Source: the human T2T-CHM13v2.0 reference genome, Homo sapiens. From it: a stretch of DNA of 64,000 nucleotides. The translations under genes and the position numbers were made by a program. Where the stretch lies: assembly GCF_009914755.1 (NCBI RefSeq), contig NC_060940.1; one strand, given 5' to 3'. Under the pieces are notes generated by a model. It saw only the letters and a list, made by a program, of their open reading frames with translations. It was not told the DNA's origin and ran no database searches. How positions within the stretch are numbered: position 1 is the first letter of the stretch; each line of letters begins with the position of its first letter. Below, piece by piece: positions 38,157-50,898 of the stretch.

Positions 38157-41100
38157 TATGATATTATTTTTAAAAGAAAAAATAAGTATCCATGAGAGCA
38201 CATAGAAAGAATCTAACCTGGTCTGAGAGAAGGAATGATTTTTGTGGTGATGGGATATTTAAGATGAGCCTCATAGCACTCTCTAGAGAGGGAGCTTGGA
38301 GAAACTTTTCTCTCCCTTTTCCCTTTTTCATAAATTACAGAGATCTAGGGTGGGAAGGAGTTTGGCCTATATGAAATGATCAGACAGTCGATGCCAACAG
38401 GACGAATAAAAAGAGTATCACAGGAGAAATAGTCATGGGCTAAACCAAACAGTGCACCTAAGCCTTAATTTTCTCATCTGTTATATGAGAATAATTTTCT
38501 CATCTGGAGCTAATGATGATTCTGTACATATGTGACAAAATTGCCAGAAACCAGGGACACTCTCCATTAAAAGGTATGCATAAAATTAAATTTCATATAT
38601 AAAATGCTAAACAGCTACATTATGTAATATCATATACATATACATGAGTTATATAATGTGAGAACAATGCATAATACAACTATGCAAATAGAAAATGCCT
38701 CTCTGTGAAGCCCATGCTCTCAACACATGGAATGAAACTCAAATTTTTCAATGGGAGAGACCCTGATAAAAGGAAACTTGACATTCATACCATAACTCAC
38801 AAGCTGGTACTGTAACAAGATTTTGAGCAGGGTTTATTTCAGGCCAATTTGAACTATTGAGTACATACCAATAAGAATGCCAGCATTCATTACATTTGGA
38901 GAGACAGATGGTTTGGACTGAGACAACCAATTAATGTAAAATGTGTTCTTTGTTGGCACTTACCACAAAGGAGGATCTTTTTTTGAAATACCTTCTTCTT
39001 AAAGTTTATTCTATTTTCAGACAAATGTGTCTTTATGTAGAAAGTCAGAGTACTTAAGGCATCTATGGGCAACATTTTACCTACTTTTTATGACATCTAT
39101 AGAAAAAGCTAATTCATATTAGTTATTGCTTTTTTTTAATTTTAAAGAATGTAAAATAAGCTATTCACTTGAAATATTCTGATGTTCCATTAATCACATT
39201 TTTCATCTGGTAGGAAAGTATAAGGAAATTGCTTTTCCAAAGATTGCTTAATGAGGTCATTTCCTGCCTTCCTAAGAAACTTTTGTTAAATTGTGTTGGT
39301 GTCAGCGGATGTAAAAATTACTCTGAATTGTTTGAAAAAAAAACAAAACACAAGTGTACCCTTTATTTATGATACATATCCTTTAGGTCCTGGCTGTTTA
39401 GTCAAAGCACGGGAAACATTTTTATACTTTAAAATGTTCTAAGAGATATTTGCCAAATGTTCTATTATTCAAGAGTTATTGACGCTCAAGTTCACACTGA
39501 CTGTTGTCACTTTACTCCCTTTCCCAGGTCAAAGCCCATGCAAAGAAAAACATGTCTGCCTGGAATGATAAATGATGAATAGGAGGTAGAGTTAGGGCAT
39601 TATTTTGGTATCATTATTTTACATTAGACCATGAAAGCTAGAGTTCAGAGATTATACATTATGTTCTGAGCCAAAGTGAAATGAGAAATAAATTTTTTGA
39701 AATGTGGAAAGCAAATGTGATAACTTATTTTCATATAGCTTATCAACTTTTAAATGTTTTATTTTCTGTATATTTGATAATATACAGAATATATTAGTGC
39801 AGAAGTCCTTGTATATTATTTGCAAATAAAAATGCGTAAATTGGGGATACATGCTTACATATTTTACTGATGAGTACCTGCTTAAAAATGTTTAGATTGT
39901 TACTCATCTAGGCAATGGCAAACCAATCAAGTACATTAAACCTGAGATATTGCTTTTAGAAAATTAAAAAAAAAGAGGCAGTAGAAGAGGAAAGGAAAGA
40001 AGAGGAGGAAGGAATAATCACAATACCCATCACATAAAAATACATGTACATAGAAAATAAAATTATCATGTATCCAGAAATAATTCAGTAAATGAACTTT
40101 TAGCATATCAATTTCATAAACTGGAACAAAGATACTCTTTAAAGCAAGACCAACTCAGCTTGGTTTTACCACTAGAAGTGACATAGGCACTTGTGAAAAG
40201 TCATCTATGCCTCTGGTTTCATTGTTTTGTGATCTATTATGTGTTTTGTTTCTGCAGATTTTTATAGTTGTTAATGCGCAATACTAGAATATTATGTCTC
40301 AAAAATCCAAGAGAGGTGAGAATGTAAAAAGTGTAAATAAGAGTAGCATCCAATTCTTACAGAAATAAAGGTAGAAATGTAGGTGGTTAATGCAATAATT
40401 AACTCAAAATGGTGTGATTAATTTTATCTATGATTATGGCACAAATTTCTCAACAGAAAAACAATTTATAGAGGAAAAGAAATTTGTATAAAATATGAAT
40501 AGTCCTATGCTTAAGTTGTACAAAATAGTATTTCTGGGGAGTAGAAATTTTTTCTTTTCATTTTCTGATTTCAGAAATTATCAATGTACACATATTTTTG
40601 GACAACATAAAAGAACAGGGTGCATTCAGGGCATGCAGTTTCTAAGAAAATATAAATGTCATGGCTAGAACATGAAATTATAATTTAAATGAAAACCAAG
40701 CTGTCTGATTCCAAAGCTTGCCACTAACAAGCTGTTAGACATGAAGAAACTACTTAAACTCTCTGGTCTCTAGGTCCATTATCCACTCTATGAGAATAAT
40801 AAAACCCAGTTAAGAGCACTTCGAATGATTCACGTAGAGTCCCTAGCTTGTGGTGTAAGGGAGTCTTCAACAAATGACAACTATTATTGAAAAATGCCTT
40901 CTAATCTCTAATCATAACAGTCAATCACCAGAATAAAAATATTAGGCAGAGAGATATTTCACAACATCTCACACTTAGCAAGGCACAGAATTATTGTTAC
41001 CTTTGTTACCTTTTTTGCCTCCTTTTTATTTAATTCCATTAATTTTAATAGGAAATGCAGAAGAAACGCATTTCTAAGGGGAAAAAGAGAGCAGTTATTA

Positions 41101-41557
41101 TACATTTGTTTATTATTTTAATTTAAGAAATTGCGGGTACATAGTAGGTGTGTATATTTATAAGATGCATGACTTATTTTGATACAGGCATACCATGCTT
41201 TATAATCACAACAGAGTAAATGGGGTATACATTGCCTTAAGCACTTACGCTTTCTTTGGCTTACAAACAATCCAATTATATTATTTTAATCATTTTTAAA
41301 TGTACAATAAATTATTGTTCCCTGTAGCCATCCTGTTGTGCAATGAAACACTAGATCTTATTCATTCTATGTAACTATATTTTTGTACCGTTAACCATTC
41401 CTACTTCCCCTCCCCCAACCCAATACTCTTCCCAGCACTGAGAAAAAAATCTTTGCCCAGTCTAATGTCCTGGAGAGATTGATTCCCCAGTTTTTTTTTT
41501 TTTTTTAAGTAATTTCATAGTTTTTGTTCTTAGATTTGAGTTTTTAATCAATTTTAA

Positions 41558-41869
<312 letters not shown>

Positions 41870-41989
41870 TGATTTCTTATATGACTAGAGATAGGAGTCC
41901 AATATCATTCTTCTGCATAATAATATCCAGTTTTCTCAGCACCATTTATTGAAGAGATTGTCCTTTCTCCAATGTATGTTCTTGGCACA

Positions 41990-42362
41990 TGATATGGTTT
42001 GGCTGTGTTCCCACTCAAATCTTAAGTTGTAGTTCCCATAATCTCCACGTGTGGTGAGAGGGACCCGGTGCGAGGTAATTGAATCATGGGGATGGTTTCC
42101 TCCATGCTATTCTTGTGATAGTGAGTAAGTTCTCAAGAGACCTAATGGTAGAAATATGGGGCCTACCCTTCACTTGGCTCTCATTCTTCTCCTTCCTGCT
42201 ACCATGTAAAGATGGATGTGTTTGCTTGCCCTTCCACCATGATTGTAATTTCTTGAGGCCTCCCCAGACCTGGGGAACTGTGAGTCGATTAAAACCTCTT
42301 TGCTTTATAATATACCCAGTCTCGCGCAGTTCTTTATAGCAGTCTGAGAATGGACTAATACA
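41990..42362 (+). mobile_element. THE1C/D solo LTR within L1
   Basis: tgatatggtttggctgtg...gaatggactaataca, with TSD gcaca/gcacc. Confidence 0.92.
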
Positions 42363-44689
42363 GCACCTTTGTAAAAAATGAGTTCACTGTAAATGTATGG
42401 ATTGGTTTCTGGGTTGTCTGTTCTGTTCCGTTGGCCATGTGTCTGTTTGTATGCCAGTAACATACTATTTTGGTTACTATATCTCCGTAGTGTGATTTGA
42501 AGTCAGGTAACATGATTCCTCCAGTTTTATTCTTTTTCCTTAGGACAGTTTTGACTATTCTGGGTCTATTCTGATTCCAGAATATAAACTTAAAGGGTTA
42601 AGTTTATATTTAAATATAAATATAAACTTTAGGATTGTTTTTTCTTTCTGTGAAGAATGCCATTGCTTTGGATAGTATGGGCATTTTAATAATATTGACT
42701 CTTTCAATCCATAAACATGGAATATCTTTCCATTTTTTGGTGACTATTTCAATTTCTTTCACCAGTGTTTTATTGTTTTCATTGCACGTTCTTCATTTAT
42801 TTGGTTAAGTTTTTTCCTAGGTATTTAATTTTATTTGTATCTATTATAAATGGAATTGCTTTCCTGGTTTCTTTTTCAGATTGTTTGCTGTGGGCATACA
42901 CAAATGCTACTGATTTCTGTAAGTTGATTTTGTATCCTGCAACTTTACCGAATTTGTTTATCAGTTCTAATAATTTTTCAGTGGAGTCTTTTAGGTTTTT
43001 CCAAATATAAGATCATATCATCTGCAAACAAGGAAAATTTGACTTTTTCTTTTTCAATTTGGATGCCTTTTATTTCTTTCTCTTGTCTGATTGTTCTAGT
43101 TAGGACTATGTTAAATCACAGTAATGAAAGTGGGAATCTTTGTCATGTTCCAGATCTTAGAGAAAAGGCTTTCAGTTTTTCCCCATTAAGTATGATACCA
43201 GCTGTGGGTCGGCTCTGCATAGCTTTTATGTGTTGAGGTGTGTTCCTTTTGTACCCAGTTTTTCAAGGTTTTATTTTCACTATGAAGAGATGTCTAATTT
43301 TATCAAAGGCTTTTTCAGCATCAAGTGATATGATCATATGGTTTTTGTCCTCCATTCTATCTATATATATCACATTGATTGTATATGTTGAACCATCCTT
43401 GCATCCCTGAGATAAATCCCACTTGGTCATGATGAATGACCTTTTTAATGTGTTGTTGAATTTGGTTTTCTAGTATTTTGTTGAGGATTTTTGCATCAAT
43501 GTTTATCAGGATCTTGGCCTATAGTTTTTTTTTTCTTTTGAAGTTTCTTTGTCTAATTTTGGTACCAGGGTAATACTGGCCTCACAGAATGAATTTAGAA
43601 GCATTCTTTTCTCCTCTATTTTTTGAAATAGTTTGGGTAGGATTGGTATTTGTTTTCCTTTAAATGTTTGGTAAAATTCAGCAGTGAAGCCATCAGGTCC
43701 CAGCCTTTTCTTTACTGGGAGGCTTTTTCTTACAGCTTTGATCTTGTTAATCGTTGTTCATTTGTTCAGTTTTTATTATTTCTTCATGACTCAATCTTGG
43801 TTGGTTGTATGTGTATAAAATGTACTCATTTATTCTAGTTTTCCAAATTATTGGCATATAGTTGCTCACAGTAGACTCTAATGATACTTTGAATTTCTGC
43901 AGTATTGATTGTAATGTCTCCTTTTTCATATCCAATTTTACTCATTTGGTCTCCTCTTTTTTTGTCTTAGTTGGTCTGGCTAAAAGTTTGTCAATTTCAT
44001 CTTTTAAAAAATAATTTTTAATTTTGTTGATCTGTATTATTTTCTTCATTTAAATTTCATTTATTTCTGCTATGATCTTTACAATCACTTTTTTCTACAA
44101 ATTTGGGGTTTGGTGTGCTCTTGTTTTTCTATTTATTTAAGATTCATCATTAGGTTGTTTATTTGAAGTTTTTCTACCAATTTGATATAGGTGCTTAAAG
44201 CTATAAACTTTCCTCTTAGCACTGCTTTTGCTGTATCCCACAGGTTTTGTTTCCAATGTTGTGTTTCCATTATCATTTGTTTCAAGGAAATTTTCAACTT
44301 CATTGTTAATTTCTTCATTTACCCACTGGTCATTCATAAGCATAGTGTTTAATTTCTATATATTTGTATAGTTTCAAAAATTCTTTTCATTATTAATTTC
44401 TAGTATTATTTCATCATGATCAGCAACGATACTTAATGTAATTTCAATTTGTTAAACATTTTTAAGATTTGTTTTGTGCCTAACGTATGTTCTATCCTTG
44501 AGAATGATCCATGGGCTGAGAAGAGTATTCTGTAGCCACTGGATGAAATGTTCTTTAAATATCTACTATATTCATTTGGTCTATGGTGCAGATTAAGTCC
44601 AATGTTCCTGTTTTGACTTTCTGTCTGGAAGATCTGTCTAATGCTTAAAGTGGGGTGTTGAAGTCTCTAGTTATTATTGTACTGGGGTC

Positions 44690-45132
44690 TGTATTAGTCA
44701 GGGTTCTCTTAGAGGGACAGAACTAATAAGACATATATATATATATATGTAAAGGGGAGTTTATTAAGTGTTAACTTACACCATCACAAAGTCCCATACT
44801 AGGGTGTCTGCAAGCTGAGGAGCAAGGAGAGCCAGTCCAAGTCCCAAGACTGAAGCACTCAGAGTCTGAGGTTAGAGGGCAGGAAGCATCCAGCATGGGA
44901 GAAAGATGTAGGATGAGAGGCTAGGTCAGTCTCATCTCTTCAAGTTTTTCCACCTGCTTTATATTTGCTGGAGGCTGATTAGATAGTGTCCACCTGATTA
45001 AGTATGCGTCCGCCTTCCCCAGCCCACTGACTCAAATGTTAATTTCTTTTGGCAACACCCTCATAGACACACCCAGGATCAATATTGCATCCTTCAATCC
45101 AATCAAGTTGGTATTCAGTATTAACCATCATA
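44690..45132 (-). mobile_element. MLT2A1 (HERV-L) solo LTR within L1
   Basis: tgtattagtcagggttctct...(TA)n...cttcaatccaatcaagttg...cagtattaaccatca, with TSD gggtc/gtgtc. Confidence 0.9.
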
Positions 45133-48100
45133 GTGTCTGTCTCGCTCCTTAGCCCTAATAATATTTGCTTTACATATCTTGGTGCTCCATTGTTGGGTGC
45201 ATATATGTTTGTAATTGTTATATACTCTTGCCACATGGACCCCTTTATCATTATATAATGACCTTTTTTGTTTCTTTTTATAGTTTTTGTCTTGAAATCA
45301 ATTTGTCTGATATAAGTATAGCACTCCTGCTCCTTTTTGGTTTCCATTAGCATGAATAACCTTTTTCCATCCCTTTGTTTTCAGTCTATACATGTCTTTA
45401 TAAGTGAAGTGTGTTTTTTGTAGGCAACAGATCCTAGGTCTTGTTTTTTGGTTTTGTTTGGTTGTTTGTTTAATCCATTCAATCACTCTGTTTTTTGATT
45501 GGAGACTTTAGTCCATTTATATTCAATATTATTATTGATAAGTAAGGTCTTACTCCTGCCATTTTATTCTTTGTTTTCTCACTGCTTTGTTGTCTTCTCT
45601 CCCTTCTTTCCTTCCTTCCTGTCTTCCTGTTAGTGAAGGTGATTTTCTCTGATGGTCTGTTTTAATTTCTTGTTGTATGTTTTTTAATTTGAGGTTACAT
45701 GAGGCTTGCAAATGATGTCTTATAACCCATTTTAAACTGATCACAACTTAACACTGATTGCATAAACAAACTAACAAGTAAAGAGAAAACTAATAAAATT
45801 TCCACGCTTTGGCTTTGTCCCCCTCCCTTTTTGACATTTTGTTGTTTCTATTTATATATTATTTTACTGTCTATATCTTTAAAAGTAACTGTAGTTATTA
45901 TTTTTGCTTGGTTCATCTTTTAGTTTTTCTACTCAAGATATGAGTAGTTTATACACCACAGTGACAGTGTTATAATATTCTGTGTTTTTCTATATACTTA
46001 CTATCACCAGTGAGTTTTGCACTTTCAGAGGATTCATTATTGCTCATTAACATCCTTTTATTTCAGACTGAAAAACTCCCTTGAGTATTTCTTGTATGAC
46101 TGGTCTGGTGTTGGTGAAATCTATCAGCTTGTGTTTGCCTGGGAAAGTGTTTATTCCTCTTTAAGTTTATACTATTCTAGTATAAAAGCTTTTTTCCCTT
46201 CAGTACTTTAAATATGTCATGCCTGTCTCCTGGCTGGTCTGTAAAATTTCCATTCAGAAGTCTGCTGCCAAATGTATTGGTGCTCCATTGTATGTTATTT
46301 GCTTCTTTTCTCTTGACGCTTTTAGTATTTTTTTCTTTATCCTTGATCTTTGGGAGTTTGATTATTAAATGCCTTGAGGTACTCTTCTTTATGTTAAATC
46401 TGTTTGGAGTTTTATAACCTTCTTGTACTTGAGTGTTGATATCATTCTCTATGTTTGGGAAGTTCTTTGATATGCCTTTGATGAATTTTCTGTATCAATC
46501 TCTCTCTCTACCACCTCTTTAAAGCCAATAATGCTTAGATTTGCCTTCTTGAGGTTATTTTCTAGATGTCCTAGGCATGTTCATTCTTTTTTATTCTTTT
46601 TCCTGTTGTTTCCTATAACTGTGTATTTTCAAATAACCTGTCTTCAACTTCACTAATTCTTTCTTTGGCTTGGTCAATTCTCTTGTTAAGGGACTCTAAT
46701 GCATTCTTCAGTATGTCCATTGCATTTTTCTACTCCAGAATTTCTTTATTTTTTTAAAGTATTTCAATCTCTTTGTTAAATTTATATGATAGGATTGTGA
46801 ATTCCTTCTCTGTGTTATCTTGAATTTTGTTGAGTTTTCTCAAAACTGCTATTTCAAATTCTTTGTCTGAAAGGTCACATAGCTCTGTCTCTCCATGATT
46901 CATCACTGGTGCTCCATTTAGTTCAGTTGGTGAGGTCATGTTTTCCTGGATGGTCTTGATGTTTGTGGATTTTCATCAGTGTTTGGACAGTGAAAAGGTA
47001 GGTATTTATTATAGTCTTTGCAAGTTGGACTTGTTTGTACCTATCCGTTTTAAGAAGACTTTCCAGGTATTTGAAGGGACTTGAGTATTATAAACTAGGT
47101 TTTTGGTCACTGCTGCTATATCTATCTGAGGGGTACCCCAAGCCCAGTAAAGATGTGGCTCCTGCAGACTTGTAGATATACTGCCTTAATGGTCATAGAT
47201 AAGATCTTGAAGAATTCTCTGGCTGAGTTTGTTCAAGGTTGTAGGATTTTACAATCAGCAGGTTGTGAAGCCAGCCTTACCTTCAGAGCAGTGAGTTTTC
47301 CCAGGTCTTTGTTGAGTCCAGAGATATCATCTGGGAACCAGGACCTAGAGTTGGAAACTTTAGGAATCTACCTAAGGTTTCTATTCTACTACAGCTGAGC
47401 TGACACCCAAACCACAAGACAAAGTTTTTCCCATTCTTCCCTCCCCTTTTCACAAGTAGAGGAGTCTCTCCCTGTGGCCACCACTGCCCCAGGCTTGCAG
47501 TGAGTACTGCCTGGCTGCCACCAATATTCACTCAAGGCTCAAAAGATCTTCAGTCAACTTTCAGTGAATTCTGCCAGGTTTAAGACTGTCCCTTTAGACC
47601 AGTGGGATTCCTTCTGGCCCACAGAATGTCGAGAAATGCCATCCAAGAAACAAATCCTAGAATTTGTGACTTCAAGACCCTGCTTGGTGTCCTACTCCAC
47701 TGTGGCCAAGCTTGTACCTAAGCTGCAAGAGTCCCCTTTACTCTTTCCTCCTTCATTTTCAAACCAGCGTTCCACCTTATAGCCACCACAGTTGGGAATG
47801 TGTTGGGTCACACCTGAAGCCAGCATGTCTCTGAACCTCACTCAAAGACCATGGTGAGTACTACATGGGTACCACTGCTCACCATTCAGGACTCAAGGGC
47901 TCTTTAGTCAGCAGGTGTTGAATCTTGCCAAGACTGTGTCCTTCCCTTCATGGCAATAGATTCCCTTTTGGCCCAGAGCATGTCTAGAAATGTCATCCTG
48001 AAGCAAGGTCCTGGAATGTGGGCCTCATGACTCTGCCCAGTACCCTATTCTATCATGTCTGAGCTGGTATCTAAGTTGCAAGACAAAGTCCTGTTTACTT

Positions 48101-50491
48101 TTCCCTCTCCTTTCCCCAAGCAGTAGGAAGGAATCTCTCCTGGAGCTGTAAGCTGCACTACCTGGGGATAGGGGAGAAGTGGCACAAGCACTCTCTTGAC
48201 TAACCCAGCTGGTGTCTTATTGTCATGTGCCCCCTCAAAGTCCACTGGCTCTGGGCCCCGCATAACAACAGTAATTGCCCAGGAATTGCATTACTTGTGG
48301 CCTAGACTATTTTGGGGGTTTATTTAGAACCTCAGAGCACTTTAGCTCACAGTGGTGAGGCCTGCCAGAACTCAGGTTCTGACTGATGAGATGGGTGATT
48401 CCCCTCTGGCTAGGGATGGTCTACATGCTCTCTTCATGGGCGCTGGCTGATTTCTGTCTGGTGTTGCTTTCCACTGTGATAAGGCAGCACTGAGTTCAAG
48501 TGCAAAGTCCCACAGTCACTGTGCTCGCTCTCTCCCAAATGCATAGATTCTCTCTCCATGCCATGCAGCTGCTGCTGGGGATGGGCAAGGGGTGGCATAT
48601 GCAATTTAAGACTTTTTTCAGTGCCCCTTTCAGTGATATGAAGTTAAAACAAGGTACTGTAATGACTCACTTGATTTTTGGTTTTTATGAAGATGCTTTT
48701 TAGCTGTTCAATTTGGTGTTCCTACAGGGAGGATGATCAGTGGAGGCTTCTATTCAATTATCTTGTCCTGTCACCAATCTTCATTTGTTTATTCTTACAT
48801 CATGATTGACTGAATTCTAATCATTTCATCTGGCTTGTAAGTGATGGTGTTTTGCCACAGCACATTGGACTTGTAGGGAAGCACTGATATGATCTTTTCA
48901 TTATTTTTATTAGGATGACTTTGTAATGGTCAACCAAAAATGTGGATACATATTAGGAGTGTATATAAACTGTTAGTTATGGCTCTTATAGATGAGCAAG
49001 GATGTCCAGAAAACACAGTGAATGAAAAATAGACTTTTCAGTCATCACCAGATTCCATGAATGTGCCTAAGTTAAGAAAAATGGGGAGTACCTAATTTTA
49101 AAGTGTACAGAATAAGTTATATTTGAGATAATCTTAAGTATTTTGAGTATAGTTTGACAAAGATGTTTGGGGAGCAGGCCAGATCAATAATCTATCTCAG
49201 TTCTGGCAGTAAACTGGAACTAGAATGAGGGTGATACCTCAGATAATTCTTTAAAATTCCTTAATCTGATTGTTTCAACTCTCATTTTATCATGATTCTG
49301 TTTATTTTGATTTGTTTGGAATAAAAATATTTTTATTCTTTTTTTATACAATGAAATACATATTTGCTGAACCCGAAAGTTAATAAATGTCCTGGCGTTG
49401 ACTCTATGTACTGAATGTGGGGAGTTTTATGTGAGCTTGTGTAGGTGTGTTTCTTCTTCCCGAAAACAATATGGATATGTCAAAGAGTATACCTGCTTTT
49501 GTTGATTAAGGGTGTCAACATATATTTACTGGCTAGGGGTGAGAGCACCATATAAAGATAACTCTATAAACATTTATTCATTTCTCCAGTGGTCTCAAAT
49601 GCATGCTTTTGTGAGAGATATAAAGGTTATCTGCATGTAATGTCTCTAAACAAAGAGGTAGCTAATTGGCAGCCCCTTAATCCACACTGATAAGTCATCT
49701 GTTCTCTTACCAATCCCTACCTCTCCAATTTTCCTATATGCTTCTTCTCTTCCTGAGATAAAAGTAATTATCTAAAAGGGACTGACAAAAGCAGGGTAGT
49801 GTCAGAAGATTCTTTTCATAAGAGGAAGGGTTGATATTGTTGAGGCATTTTTCCAGTGGAGAGAACACCATGGTTTTGAAATCTCAGAACTGAGATGGAA
49901 GATAATAGATGAAATATACTTTCTCCAAACAAAAGAAGGGGAATTCTGATACGAAGAGTAAGCTCATTACCATCTAGAGGAAAGGATCAGAGAAACAAGC
50001 GAAAATATGAAAGTGTTTTAGGAAGAAGATTCAAAACAATCCATAGTCATGACATGCATTATAAATGATTATATTCCTTTAGCAATTTGGGGATATATAA
50101 TACATTATTATTATCTATGGTCAGCATGCATGATAAGTTAGTGAGGTGAAGAATATGTTAATTAGATTAAAATTTTACACAGTATTTTCCAAATAGGTCA
50201 AAACATCATGTTGTACTCAAAGATATACACAATTAATAGTTTTCAACTAAAAATAAATTAATTTAAAAAGTTATTTCAAGAGCTTTTCTCCAGAGGTGGC
50301 TAACAGAAGCCTTCCTAAGATTCCTATTTATCATCAGTAGCCAATGCTTTGTTAACTAGTTTACTGAATACTGTCATGGAGTTTCACTGGGGGAATCTAG
50401 CAGCATCTTGTAAAGTAGGGTGATGAAATGAGCTCTCAATGGCAACATTAGGGTTAAACAAGATTTGTGACTTGACTAAAATAATTTAGAG

Positions 50492-50898
50492 AAGTGCTAT
50501 TCAATGTGGAGTTTGTACACTAGCAGCATTGACATGACCTGGGAGCTTGTCAGAAATGGAGAATCTCAGGCCCTACCACAATATTCCTGAATTACAATCT
50601 GTACTTTAACAAAATGCCTAGGTGATTCATTCGCACATTAATTTTTTTCTTTTTAATTTAATTATATTTAGTTTTAGGTTTTGGGATACATATGCAGGAC
50701 GTACAGGTTCATTACATAGATAAACGTGTGCCAAGGTGGTTTGCTGCACTTACCAACCCATCACATAGGTATTAAGCCCCACATGCATTAGCTATTTATC
50801 CTGATGCTCTCTCTCCTCCTGCCTCCCCTACAGGTCCCAATGTGTGTTGTTCCCCTCCCTGGGTCTATGCATATGCACGTTAATTTTAAGAGCAGTAG
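50492..50898. mobile_element. MER5A hAT DNA transposon split by an L1PA 3' fragment
   Basis: cagcattgacatgacctgggagcttgtcagaaatggagaatctcaggccc...tttaacaaaatgcctaggtgattcat. Confidence 0.8.
50642..50869 (-). mobile_element. Short 5'-truncated L1PA (about PA8-10) 3' UTR
   Basis: gggatacatatgcaggacgtacagg...ggtattaagccccacatgcattagctattt. Degenerate TSD gcacattaatttt / gcacgttaatttt. Confidence 0.88.
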
